DNA of 64,000 nt from Minisyncoccota bacterium (GCA_041666045.1 JBAYHR010000001.1:187391-251390); one strand, 5' to 3'. Positions 49,796 through 59,607 are shown, counted from the first letter of the stretch. Notes: generated by a model not told the origin, from the sequence alone. Program-made: numbers and translations.

Positions 49796-52732
49796 TTAAA
49801 CAACAATGTTAATAAGTCTATTTTTAACGTAAATTATTTTCTTTATATCTAAACTGGGTAAGAATTTTTTAACTGTTTCATTTTGTACAGCTCTTTCTTT
49901 TATCTCATCCTCTTTTTCATTTGCTTGTATCATCATTTCAGCTCTAACTTTTCCATTTACTTGCACTGCAATTTTTACTTCTTCATCTTTTATTAATCTC
50001 TCGTCCCATTTAGGCCATTTGGAAAAATTTATACTCTTACAGGCAAGACCTGTTAAAAAAACAGGTCTTGCCTGTTGCAATTGTTGCCATAATTCTTCTG
50101 TCACATGCGGAGCAAATGGCGCTAAAATTTGTAGAAATTTTTTAAAATCTTCTTTTTCAATATAATCTGATTTTTCCATTTCTGTAGCTAAAATCATCAA
50201 AGCAGAAACTGCAGTATTAAAACGCATTGCTTCTATATCCTCAGAAACTTTTTTAATAGTTTTATGTAAAAGTTTTAAAACAGAAGAATTCTGAAGCGAA
50301 GCAGATGAAGAATTTTGAGAAAACCCTCGCTTCAATTCTCCGAGGGCGTATTTTCCAAAATTCTTCATCTGCTTCGCCATCACTTTCTCCCCAATTCTCC
50401 AAACTTTTTCTATAAATCTTCTTGGACCAATTATACTTTCTGTACTCCACGCAACAGGTTCTTCAAATGGCCCCATAAACATTTCATAAACACGCAAAGT
50501 ATCTGCGCCATAAGTTTTCACAATACTGTCTGGATTCACAACATTTCCCAAAGACTTTGACATCTTCACTCCACCTTCACCCATGATAAGTCCATGCGAA
50601 GTTCTTTTTTTGTATGGCTCAGAAGTTGGTACAAGTTTTAAATCATATAAAAATTTATGCCAAAATCTTGAATATAAAAGGTGAAGAGTTGTATGTTCCA
50701 TTCCACCATTGTACCAATCCACCCCGCCGGTCTGGCGGGGCGAGCCGTCTAACCAATATTTTAATTTTTTCTTATCAGCAAAAACTTTTTTATTTTTTGG
50801 ATCACAATAACGCAAATAGTACCATGAACTTCCAGCCCAGTTTGGCATAGTATCTGTTTCTCTTTTTGCAGGACCTTTGCATTTAGGACATTTTGTATTT
50901 ACCCATTTTGAAATACCAGCCAAAGGTGATTCCCCTGTATCTGTTAATTTATAACTTTTAACTTCTGGTAATTTTAATGGCAAATCTTTTTCTGGAATCG
51001 GTACGAGTCCGCATTTCTCACAATTAATTAAAGGAATAGGTTCACCCCAATATCTCTGACGAGAAAAAACCCAATCACGAAGTTTATATTTCGTAACAAT
51101 TTTTCCCCCAACAAATTCTGTTATTTTTTTTCTAGCATCTTCTGAATCTAATTTATCAAATTTTTCAGAATTAATTAAAACTCCATCTTTTGTAAGATAA
51201 TTTTTACCTTCAAATAAACTAAAATCATAAAGTTCTTTTGCATCATTAATTTTTTGTTTAGCTTCTTCATAACTCAACCAGAGAATTTCATGCAATAATT
51301 TTTCTTCTTCCGCTATTTCATACTGTTTTTCATCAATTAGTTCTAGTTCAATTAAATTACATAATAATCGCCTATTTTCTTTTTTATGTGGATGATAAAA
51401 ATGAGATTGAGTTGTTAATCCTAAATCACGAACAAATTTTGTTTTATATCCCGTTTCTTCAAAAACTTCGCGTATTGCCGTATCACCAGCTTTTTCATTT
51501 TGTTCTATACCACCATAAACTTTTGAAATTTCATTGAAAGCTTTTGCAAATAGAAAAAGATATTTACCATCAGATGGTCTTCTCACAAAAACAGCAACAG
51601 CATGTCTTTCTTTTTCATCTGTTTTTGATTCTCCAAAAACTGGAATAATAACTTGTTTTATTTGTAAATTATATTTCTTCGCAAATTCAAAATCTCTTTC
51701 ATCGTGAGCTGGCACTGCCATAACTGCCCCTGTCCCATAACCAGCTAAAACATAATCAGCGATCCATACTGAAACCTCTTCGTTATTCGCAGGATTAATT
51801 GCTTTTATTCCTTTTAATTCTACTCCAGTTTTTTCTTTCCCTTCCGCAGTTCTTTCCATTTCAGACTTTTTCTTTACATCAGAAATATATTTTAAAACTT
51901 CATTTTTATTTTCAACTTTCTCCAATAACTCATTTACAAGAGAATGTTCTGGTGCAAGCACAACATAAGTCACACCAAACAAAGTATCGGCACGAGTCGT
52001 AAAAACTTTAATTCGTAATTCGTAATTCGTAATTTTAAATTCTATCTCTGCTCCTTCACTTCTCCCTATCCAATTTCTTTGTGACAATTTTACACGTAGA
52101 GGATAATCTACTAAATCCAAATCTTTATCTAAACGATCTGCATATTTTGTAATAGCGAGCATCCATTGTTCTTTCATTCTTCTTTCTGTTTGCTCTCCAC
52201 ATCGTTCACATTTTCCATCTATCACTTCTTCATTTGCTAAACCGATTTTATCTTTTGGACACCAATTTATAGGAATCTCTGCTTTATATGCAAGACCTTT
52301 TTTATAAAATTGTAAAAATATCCATTGAGTCCATTTATAATATTCTGGATCAGTAGTATTTATTTCTCTATTCCAATCAAAAGAAATACCAAGCATTTGT
52401 ATTTGCTTACGAAAATTATCTGTATTTTTTTTAGTTACAATCTTTGGATGAATTCCAGTTTTAATAGCATAATTTTCAGTTGGCAAACCAAAAGCATCCC
52501 AACCGATTGGAAAAAGTACATTATAACCTTCTAATCTACGCTTTCTAGAAATAACATCCATTGCAATATAAGGTCTTGGATGCCCAACATGAAGCCCATC
52601 TCCAGATGGATATGGAAATTCAACTAAAGAATAGAACTTTTTTCCTTTTCCGTCTTTTGCTTTATAAATTCCTTTTTTCTCCCATTCTTTCTGCCACTTT
52701 TTTTCAATTTTTTTATGATCGTAACTTTTCAT
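49796..52732 (-). CDS. leuS: Leucine--tRNA ligase with internal Nudix domain
   Basis: FPYPSGDGLHVGH, GWDAFGLP, GTGAVMAVPAHDERD, KMSKS; Nudix box GGIEQNEKAGDTAIREVFEETGY. Confidence 0.97.
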   Translation of the reverse strand: MKSYDHKKIEKKWQKEWEKKGIYKAKDGKGKKFYSLVEFPYPSGDGLHVGHPRPYIAMDVISRKRRLEGYNVLFPIGWDAFGLPTENYAIKTGIHPKIVTKKNTDNFRKQIQMLGISFDWNREINTTDPEYYKWTQWIFLQFYKKGLAYKAEIPINWCPKDKIGLANEEVIDGKCERCGEQTERRMKEQWMLAITKYADRLDKDLDLVDYPLRVKLSQRNWIGRSEGAEIEFKITNYELRIKVFTTRADTLFGVTYVVLAPEHSLVNELLEKVENKNEVLKYISDVKKKSEMERTAEGKEKTGVELKGIKAINPANNEEVSVWIADYVLAGYGTGAVMAVPAHDERDFEFAKKYNLQIKQVIIPVFGESKTDEKERHAVAVFVRRPSDGKYLFLFAKAFNEISKVYGGIEQNEKAGDTAIREVFEETGYKTKFVRDLGLTTQSHFYHPHKKENRRLLCNLIELELIDEKQYEIAEEEKLLHEILWLSYEEAKQKINDAKELYDFSLFEGKNYLTKDGVLINSEKFDKLDSEDARKKITEFVGGKIVTKYKLRDWVFSRQRYWGEPIPLINCEKCGLVPIPEKDLPLKLPEVKSYKLTDTGESPLAGISKWVNTKCPKCKGPAKRETDTMPNWAGSSWYYLRYCDPKNKKVFADKKKLKYWLDGSPRQTGGVDWYNGGMEHTTLHLLYSRFWHKFLYDLKLVPTSEPYKKRTSHGLIMGEGGVKMSKSLGNVVNPDSIVKTYGADTLRVYEMFMGPFEEPVAWSTESIIGPRRFIEKVWRIGEKVMAKQMKNFGKYALGELKRGFSQNSSSASLQNSSVLKLLHKTIKKVSEDIEAMRFNTAVSALMILATEMEKSDYIEKEDFKKFLQILAPFAPHVTEELWQQLQQARPVFLTGLACKSINFSKWPKWDERLIKDEEVKIAVQVNGKVRAEMMIQANEKEDEIKERAVQNETVKKFLPSLDIKKIIYVKNRLINIVV
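50039..50075. repeat. Perfect 16-bp inverted repeat in frame in leuS
   Basis: ACAGGCAAGACCTGTT-A5-AACAGGTCTTGCCTGT; encodes QARPVFLTGLAC. Confidence 0.85.
50296..50377. repeat. Perfect 22-bp inverted repeat element in frame in leuS
   Basis: GCGAAGCAGATGAAGAATTTTG / CAAAATTCTTCATCTGCTTCGC with inner CCCTCG/CGAGGG. Confidence 0.9.
50722..50744 (-). repeat. Short GC hairpin element in frame in leuS
   Basis: Minus strand CTCG-CCCCGCC-AGACC-GGCGGGG; encodes SPRQTGG before VDWYNGG. Confidence 0.75.
52009..52034. repeat. Heptamer tandem repeat (TAATTCG)x3 in leuS
   Basis: TAATTCG TAATTCG TAATTCG TAATT; degenerate copy at 52731-52756. Confidence 0.7.
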
Positions 52733-52752
52733 TCGTAATTGATAATTTGTAA

Positions 52753-53796
52753 TTAGTTTTTAAGTACTTTTGGGTAAGGTGGGTATAGATCTTTATCTAT
52801 AGTACGTTCAAAACAAGTCCTTCCTGTTTGATGATCCCAAGATTCATTAGAACCCCCAGGTCCTGGATAAGGATAAGATGACACAGCAATATCTCTTTCA
52901 CTATACATTGGCACTACTCCTCCATAATTTTTATATTCATTCCATCCTTTTGGCATTGGTAACGAGAAATCTGCACACAATTGGAAAGTTAATTTATTTT
53001 TATCTAAAACATTGTATTCATATTTTTTACCTTTTTCAAATTCTGGTTCAACTGGTAAAGAAAAACCTGACAGTGGATTTGCAAGAACACCTAAATCTTC
53101 TGGTAATTTTTCTTTTTGTTGCCAGTAATTAATTACCTGATATTGAATACTTTGTAAATCACTTACACGTCTATCATCTAGTCTAAGAGATCTTTGTTTT
53201 GCAGGACTTCCCATAATTACAAAACTATAACTAATAGCAAAAACAACTAAAACAATACCAGCGATAGGATTGATAAATTTATTTAACTTCTTAATTATTT
53301 CTCTACCAGTCCAAAATTCAGAAATAAAGAAATATTTTCCTATTATTGCAGCTGTTACGAAAGTAATTAATATTTTATAAATAAATCTGTTTGTTATTTC
53401 TCCAGCAACAAAGAATTTTACTAAAGTAACTAAATCTATAACGACAACCACAGCTGAAAGAAATAAAATAAGATATATAACCCATTTTTTTATAACTACA
53501 TCAATAGAACCCATTTCACCTTGTGTATATTTTTTCCAAAAATAAGAAACTAATAGGAAAATTGGAAAGAAAATAATAAGTGTCGCAAGAGCTACTCGAA
53601 TACTTTCATAATTGTAAGTAGAATATCCATATTGATAATTAGAGTTAAGAACATCAGGAAATTTTTTATCTAAAGTGCTAAAAACAAGATTAAGAAACGA
53701 AACTACTGAAGTTATCAATGTTGCTAAAAGACCTAAACATAAAAAGAAAAAACCTGGATTTAATTTGCTTTTTTGAGCATTTACTTGAGTTTCCAT
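52753..53796 (-). CDS. DUF5671-like membrane protein
   Basis: N-terminal TMs with SIRVALATLII.FPIFL; GSPAKQR..RLDDRRVSDLQ.IQ. Confidence 0.7.
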   Translation of the reverse strand: METQVNAQKSKLNPGFFFLCLGLLATLITSVVSFLNLVFSTLDKKFPDVLNSNYQYGYSTYNYESIRVALATLIIFFPIFLLVSYFWKKYTQGEMGSIDVVIKKWVIYLILFLSAVVVVIDLVTLVKFFVAGEITNRFIYKILITFVTAAIIGKYFFISEFWTGREIIKKLNKFINPIAGIVLVVFAISYSFVIMGSPAKQRSLRLDDRRVSDLQSIQYQVINYWQQKEKLPEDLGVLANPLSGFSLPVEPEFEKGKKYEYNVLDKNKLTFQLCADFSLPMPKGWNEYKNYGGVVPMYSERDIAVSSYPYPGPGGSNESWDHQTGRTCFERTIDKDLYPPYPKVLKN

Positions 53797-53839
53797 ATAA
53801 AAATATTATTTATTAATAAGAGAAATTATATCATATTTT

Positions 53840-54775
53840 CTATGATTCCCAAACTGCAGTGTTAGCTAATGATATGAGCCGATCATTGCTTTTTTCCACT
53901 AAACAAAGCTCCCCTTGTTTAACTTCTCCTTTAAAATCTTTCATAGCATCTCTGAGCGCACAGCCGAGAGACAAAGACGAGGAATCTATCGCATATGAAG
54001 TTAAAATCACAAAAAGTGGATTATCGCTTAAAACTTTTTTCACCCCCGCCAAAAGCTTTGGTAAACTTTCTTCTATTTTCCAAGTCTCACCTTTTGGTCC
54101 TCTGCCAAACTTTGGCGGATCCATTATTACTGCATCGTATTTATTTCCTCTTTTTGCTTCACGTTCTAAAAATTTTAAAACATCATCACAAATAATTCTC
54201 ATAGGCATTTTTTCTAATCCTGACAATATCTGATTTTCTTTTGCTATAGATAAACTTTGCTTTGAAGCATCAAGATGAGTTACCTCTGCTCCAGCACGCA
54301 AAGCAAACAAACTTGCAACACCTGTGTAGCCAAATAAATTTAAAAATTTAATTGGTCTTTTTTCTTTCTTTATTTTACTTTCTATAAAATCCCAATGACT
54401 TGCCTGCTCTGGAAAAAAACCAAAATGTCTAAAGGGGGTTGGGGAAACAAAAAATTTAATCCCATTAGAGGCGGAAGCACACTGCGAGCCCTCGTGGCCT
54501 CTAACAGGACAAGTATCTCCATATGACATAATCCACTTTTCAGGAATATCCGAATTAATCTTCCATCCACCTTTAGCTCCAGTCTTAGAACTCCAAAATT
54601 TTCCATCCGCTTTCTCCCATTCACTTTTATTTAAAGTCTTTTTCCAAACAGCATCTTCAAAAGGTCTAATAAAAGTATATTTTCCAAATCTTTCTAGTCT
54701 TTCACCCTCTCCAGTATCAAGTATTTCATAATCAATCCAATTCTCTGGAGTAAAAATTTTTATTTCATTTTTCAT
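53840..54775 (-). CDS. SAM-dependent methyltransferase (RlmI/RlmK-like)
   Basis: DYEILDTGEGERLERFG, GFFPEQ, LNLFGYTG, MDPPKFGRG. Confidence 0.9.
   Translation of the reverse strand: MKNEIKIFTPENWIDYEILDTGEGERLERFGKYTFIRPFEDAVWKKTLNKSEWEKADGKFWSSKTGAKGGWKINSDIPEKWIMSYGDTCPVRGHEGSQCASASNGIKFFVSPTPFRHFGFFPEQASHWDFIESKIKKEKRPIKFLNLFGYTGVASLFALRAGAEVTHLDASKQSLSIAKENQILSGLEKMPMRIICDDVLKFLEREAKRGNKYDAVIMDPPKFGRGPKGETWKIEESLPKLLAGVKKVLSDNPLFVILTSYAIDSSSLSLGCALRDAMKDFKGEVKQGELCLVEKSNDRLISLANTAVWES
54459..54516 (-). repeat. Palindromic element family A, copy 5, in frame
   Basis: Minus strand ATACTTG-TCCTGTTAGAGG...CCTCTAATGGGAT; encodes TCPVRGHEGSQCASASNGI. Confidence 0.85.
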
Positions 54776-54777
54776 AT

Positions 54778-55377
54778 TTATATATTACCACGTAAAACTT
54801 CTATTTCACCTTTTTTATTAATCTTTATTAAAGTTGATGGCTTTGATTTTAATGTTCCACCTGATAAGTAAAAATCTACATTATTCCCAATCCCGTTAGA
54901 AGCCTCCCTCGCAAGCATGCGAGTGTTACGGTCACCTTTGGGAGACCTGCTTCTAACGGGACCGAAATATTCTTTTGCTTGTTTAATATTTTCAGCTGGC
55001 TTTAACCCTTCAGGATTTGCTGAAGGAGCAACTAATGGCCCAGTCTTTTTAAGTATTTCTACCAAACTCTTTTTTGCAGGTAATCTAAAAGCTATATTAT
55101 TTAAAATAACACTCACTTTCCCCGACCAAACTTTTTCTAGCATTCTCCTATTCGCGCGAATTAGCCTATTAGAAATACCAAACTTTTCTAAATCCTTAAT
55201 AGAAGAAATTAAAACTATCATTTTTTTCTTCTTATCTCTATTTTTTATTTTATATATTCTATTTATAGCCTTGCGAGAAAAAGCACTTCCAACTAAACCA
55301 TACAAAGTATCTGTCGGCATTATTCCTATTCCATCATTTTTAAGAATCTTTATTATTTCGTTTTCTTTATCTTCCAT
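54778..55377 (-). CDS. tsaC: L-threonylcarbamoyladenylate synthase (TsaC/YrdC/Sua5)
   Basis: PTDTLYGL, IYKIKNR, PLVAPSANPEG, PSTLI. Confidence 0.92.
   Translation of the reverse strand: MEDKENEIIKILKNDGIGIMPTDTLYGLVGSAFSRKAINRIYKIKNRDKKKKMIVLISSIKDLEKFGISNRLIRANRRMLEKVWSGKVSVILNNIAFRLPAKKSLVEILKKTGPLVAPSANPEGLKPAENIKQAKEYFGPVRSRSPKGDRNTRMLAREASNGIGNNVDFYLSGGTLKSKPSTLIKINKKGEIEVLRGNI
54890..54962. repeat. Palindromic element family A, copy 6, in frame in tsaC
   Basis: TCCCGTTAGAAGC / GCTTCTAACGGGA 13-bp arms with two inner hairpins; encodes PVRSRSPKGDRNTRMLAREASNGI. Confidence 0.9.
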
Positions 55378-55381
55378 AAAT

Positions 55382-56539
55382 TTATTTCAAATCAATTAAA
55401 GTATTCTGCTTATAAAATTTTTTTAATATTTTATAAGTTATGAACAATCCTGGTAACGCAAAAACTATTATAAATTTTAATGGAACACCTAAACTAAAAA
55501 GGATTGCACTTAACGTAAGTGATATCATTGCCCCAATATCCCACCCAACTTCACCGAAAAAATGAAACCATAAAGTATTAGAACTTCTCTTTGCCATATT
55601 ATAAAGACCAACATTAAAAGAACTTAGATAAAATGTCATACCAAACGCAATTAAAACATCAGTAATAATAATCTCAGGAATTGTTTTTACTAAAAATGCT
55701 CGTAATAATATAACTACTCCTATTGATATCAGACCGATATAAGTAACACGTTTTCCGTTTCCTTTGTCAATAAAATATCCTAAAAAATAAAAAAGTACAA
55801 TTATACTCAACGATTCAAAAGCAACAAGTCCACCAAAGGTTGTATAATTTCCGACAAGATAAAAAAGTACAATTGTCCACACAAATGCATGCATATATAA
55901 AATACCATCACCAATCATCATTATCATTCCATGTTTATCAATTGATTGTATTGCTTCTTTCCATATTATTATTTTCCCTGGTAAAACATCTTTAGCAAAA
56001 AACAATGGAATTGCTGACAAAAGCATTACTATGGATGCAATAAAATAAAGAGACCAAAATCCAAAATGTGTTATCATAATTCCTCCAACAAATGGAGCCA
56101 TGGTTTTTAAAAATGTAACAAATCCAAATTGTACACATATTTGTTTTCCTCGATTTTGTTCATCCCCAGCGGTTGCATAATATGAATGATAAGGTAACCA
56201 ATAAGTAATATCGCATATAGCTAAATAAAAAATATAAAAATAAAAATAATTGTTTATTCCATTTATTTTTGTAAGGACAATAAAAAGCATACTGCCTAAA
56301 ATAACGCCAATAATAAGAGCACGTCTTAATCCTATTTTTTCTGACAATAACATTGAAAAGGGTCGCAATATAAAACGTAAAAATAAACTCCCTGCCCACG
56401 CCAAAGCAACAATTGGAAATGATATTCCAAGACTTAATAAATATACAGCTCCAAACACATCAAAAATATTATTACTAAAACGACATAGCCCAGCATGCAA
56501 ATTCAGAAGATTTATATTTTTATTTTTAAAAGGCTCCAT
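55382..56539 (-). CDS. MFS-like transporter
   Basis: ~12 hydrophobic segments; LSEKIGLRRAL and FIDKGNGKR MFS loop motifs. Confidence 0.8.
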   Translation of the reverse strand: MEPFKNKNINLLNLHAGLCRFSNNIFDVFGAVYLLSLGISFPIVALAWAGSLFLRFILRPFSMLLSEKIGLRRALIIGVILGSMLFIVLTKINGINNYFYFYIFYLAICDITYWLPYHSYYATAGDEQNRGKQICVQFGFVTFLKTMAPFVGGIMITHFGFWSLYFIASIVMLLSAIPLFFAKDVLPGKIIIWKEAIQSIDKHGMIMMIGDGILYMHAFVWTIVLFYLVGNYTTFGGLVAFESLSIIVLFYFLGYFIDKGNGKRVTYIGLISIGVVILLRAFLVKTIPEIIITDVLIAFGMTFYLSSFNVGLYNMAKRSSNTLWFHFFGEVGWDIGAMISLTLSAILFSLGVPLKFIIVFALPGLFITYKILKKFYKQNTLIDLK

Positions 56540-56540
56540 A

Positions 56541-57530
56541 TTAAATTTTAAACTCTACGACATCGCCATCTTTTACTATATATTCCTTTCCTTCAGTACG
56601 AACCAACCCTTTTGCTCGTGCATTTGCATATGACCCAGAATCTAATAAATCTTTCCAATTTATAACTTCTGCTCTTATAAATTTATCTTTAAAATCAGTA
56701 TGTATAGCCATACCAGCGACAGGCGCAGTAGATCCTATCTTTATAGTCCATGCACGTGTTTCGTCTTCTCCAGTAGTCAAAAAAGTTTCAAGTCCTAAAA
56801 GCTCATAGCTTTTTTTTATTAAATCATCAAAACCTTTTTCAAACACAGGATCAACTTTTACTGAAATACCCGGCAAATTTGTTTCAACATTTTCATTAGC
56901 TTCTGAAACATTCAAAACATAAAGCATCGGTTTTAATGTAAGCAAATTTAAAGATTTTATTTTAAATTTCTCTTCTTCATTTAAAACAGCTTCAGTTGCC
57001 ATCTTACCTTCTTCTAAAACTTTTTCTAATTTTCTTAAAATACTTTCTTCTAAAATTATATCTTTATCTCCTTTTTTAACCTCTCTTTGGATATTAGAAA
57101 TTCTTTTAGAAACTATTTCCATATCCGATAAAACCAATTCTAAATTTATAACTCCAATATCTTGGTTTGGGTCAACTTTATTTGCCACGTGAATCACAGA
57201 ATTATCTTGAAATGTTCTAACAACGTGCGCTATTGCATCTACTTCACGAATATTTGATAAAAATTTATTTCCAAGCCCTTCACCTTTTGACGCGCCAGCC
57301 ACAAGTCCAGCAATATCCACAAATTCAATAACTGCCGGAATAGTTTTTTTTGATTTAGAAAATTCAGTAAGTTTCCAAATACGCTCATCAGGCACAGGAA
57401 CAATACCCACAGAAGGATCTATGGTACAAAAAGGATAATTTTCTGCTGGTACACTTTTTTTAGTAAGAGCATTAAAAAGCGTTGATTTCCCAACATTAGG
57501 TAGGCCCACAATTCCGATTGATAATGACAT
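56541..57530 (-). CDS. ychF: Obg-family ATPase YchF
   Basis: GIVGLPNVGKSTLFN, NYPFCTIDP, DIAGLV.GAS.GEGLGNKFL, EGKEYIVKDGD. Confidence 0.97.
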   Translation of the reverse strand: MSLSIGIVGLPNVGKSTLFNALTKKSVPAENYPFCTIDPSVGIVPVPDERIWKLTEFSKSKKTIPAVIEFVDIAGLVAGASKGEGLGNKFLSNIREVDAIAHVVRTFQDNSVIHVANKVDPNQDIGVINLELVLSDMEIVSKRISNIQREVKKGDKDIILEESILRKLEKVLEEGKMATEAVLNEEEKFKIKSLNLLTLKPMLYVLNVSEANENVETNLPGISVKVDPVFEKGFDDLIKKSYELLGLETFLTTGEDETRAWTIKIGSTAPVAGMAIHTDFKDKFIRAEVINWKDLLDSGSYANARAKGLVRTEGKEYIVKDGDVVEFKI

Positions 57531-57562
57531 TACAATAATATATCAGATTTTTATAAAAATAG

Positions 57563-57778
57563 TTAAGTTAATTTTTTTAACTCGCTTTCGTATTTCTTCA
57601 TTACTTCCATAGAAGCGGTCATTTGATCCATTCCATTCTTCGTTTTCTCTTTTATTTCAAGCGCGATAGTTTTAAAAAGCTCTGGATTTTTCTCCATCAT
57701 AGTTATAACCATATCAACTTGCGCCTCTGGCACACCCTGAGAACGCAACATTTTTTTAAGTAGAAAATTTTTAAACAT
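57563..57778 (-). CDS. Small hypothetical protein
   Basis: 71 aa, co-oriented with neighbours. Confidence 0.65.
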   Translation of the reverse strand: MFKNFLLKKMLRSQGVPEAQVDMVITMMEKNPELFKTIALEIKEKTKNGMDQMTASMEVMKKYESELKKLT

Positions 57779-57784
57779 ATATTA

Positions 57785-58000
57785 TTAAGCAGGTAATTCT
57801 GGTTTAAAAGTATCAATTTCACAATTGCCTTCACAAGTCTTTCCACAATTTTCACATTTCTTTAAAATACTAAGATGCTTTCCATCTGTGCAATTACACC
57901 CAATAAGATCATTATCATAATTAGAACAAGTTGTAACACTACAAACTCCTGATGTTTCCGACACACCGCCACATTCCCCTGTACATACATAATGTTTCAT
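57785..58000 (-). CDS. Small Cys-rich putative metal-binding protein
   Basis: 10 Cys in 71 aa: HYVCTGECGG...C...C...CNC.DGKH...CENCGKTCEGNC. Confidence 0.7.
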   Translation of the reverse strand: MKHYVCTGECGGVSETSGVCSVTTCSNYDNDLIGCNCTDGKHLSILKKCENCGKTCEGNCEIDTFKPELPA

Positions 58001-58054
58001 AAAATTTTAATTTTAAACTAAATAATAAACGACGTGCATATTATATCATAAAAA

Positions 58055-59563
58055 TTACTCATCTAAAATTTCAAAATCATTTCCTTCTTTTATATTTGAA
58101 ACACTTCCTTTTTTACGAATAAAATAAACACCAACACCCACTAAAGCCAACAAAACACCAAAAATTCCAAAAAATAAATAATTATTTGTTCCTTTTATTT
58201 GCGTATCACCAAGTACAGCTATCGCAGATAAATCAGTATCAGAAATTTGTGCTTGATTTGTTGTATCTGGCATTTTATCTTCCACTGTATTTTCAATTTC
58301 ATTTTTTATCGCATAATTTTTTACAGAAGTTTTAACAGGTTCTACAACAATTTCATTGTTACTAAATAAAGAATTGTAATCAAATACAATCTCCCCCGTT
58401 CCTGAAATAAGTTTTAAATTCTTTTCATCTCCCAAAACAAAACCTGTAATTTTTCCTGAAATAGTTATAGCTTTTTTAGACATAATTACACTATTTTTTG
58501 GAAAAACAAAAACTTTCCCATTTGCATTCAATGTCCACTTTGAAATATCAATTTCATAATTTGAATTATTTGTAAGCTCAACAAAAAAATCTTTTGCATC
58601 ACCAACTTTAGAAATTGAAACTGTCATAGGCACAACTTTAATTATAATTTTATTTACAGCATCAGGTGTATCTAAAAAATAATTTGAATAATATTCCATA
58701 GATACTGGATACTCGCCAGAATAAAGATAAGTATGATTAAATTTAGTAAAATTATTATTCTGCTCTAATGAACTGCCATCACCAAAATTCCAAAAAATCT
58801 TTCCAAGAACAAGATTTTCATTTGAATATCCTAAAATACTAGATTTAAATTCTAAGGGTTGCCCTATAAAAGCTAAAGTTTTGGTTAAAATTTTAGCTTT
58901 CATGGTTGGATTTTTTATTGTAGTTTTTGTTTCAGTTGTAGTTTCAGTAGAAAAATCTTCATTTGTATTTGTATCTGTATTATTATCTTCAATGTTGTTA
59001 GTGATATTAGTGTCATCATTATTACCAGTATTAGTCGTATTATCACTCCCAGAAGAAGATTCATTGGAAGCTCCAGGAGTTGGAGAACCAGCTTTCCATT
59101 CCCCATTAATTAATTGCAAAGAATTGCCGTCACCAGCTGCTCCAATACTTGTAGTATAAGTTAATTCATCTTTAATAGATAAAGAAGAATCTTTTAATGC
59201 AAGAAATTCTCCTGGATCATTATTTAAAGAAAAACTGCTATCAAAAATAGTACCTAAAAAATTAGACCAATCAATTAAAAATTTCTGTGGATTACCAACT
59301 ACAATTGCATAACTATTTGCTCCTAAAGAATTTTCCCCCTGAAAAACAGCAATAGAATGATTAGTATTTGCTTCATTTAATTTCCACCCTGATAAATCTA
59401 TCGACTCACTACCATTATTATATATCTCTATCCACTCTCTATCAGTATCGGATCCTTCAACGTCATACATTATTTCATTTATAATTACACTCGCACTAGA
59501 ATATTTAAAGCCAAAAAAGAAAACAATACCTACCAAAACAAAAATTATTCTTGATTTAGACAT
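58055..59563 (-). CDS. Surface protein with lamin-tail-like and PKD-like domains
   Basis: Signal peptide, INEIMYD..DREWIEIYN, TPGASN, WNFGDGS, C-terminal TM. Confidence 0.8.
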   Translation of the reverse strand: MSKSRIIFVLVGIVFFFGFKYSSASVIINEIMYDVEGSDTDREWIEIYNNGSESIDLSGWKLNEANTNHSIAVFQGENSLGANSYAIVVGNPQKFLIDWSNFLGTIFDSSFSLNNDPGEFLALKDSSLSIKDELTYTTSIGAAGDGNSLQLINGEWKAGSPTPGASNESSSGSDNTTNTGNNDDTNITNNIEDNNTDTNTNEDFSTETTTETKTTIKNPTMKAKILTKTLAFIGQPLEFKSSILGYSNENLVLGKIFWNFGDGSSLEQNNNFTKFNHTYLYSGEYPVSMEYYSNYFLDTPDAVNKIIIKVVPMTVSISKVGDAKDFFVELTNNSNYEIDISKWTLNANGKVFVFPKNSVIMSKKAITISGKITGFVLGDEKNLKLISGTGEIVFDYNSLFSNNEIVVEPVKTSVKNYAIKNEIENTVEDKMPDTTNQAQISDTDLSAIAVLGDTQIKGTNNYLFFGIFGVLLALVGVGVYFIRKKGSVSNIKEGNDFEILDE

Positions 59564-59607
59564 AATAAAATCATTTTAATATTTTTATAATATGCTATAA
59601 TAATATC

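Noticed and set aside
49796-52732. Inteins or self-splicing introns explaining the leuS inserts
   Set aside because: Inserts are too short and lack intein terminal motifs and group I/II cores; the large insert is a Nudix domain.
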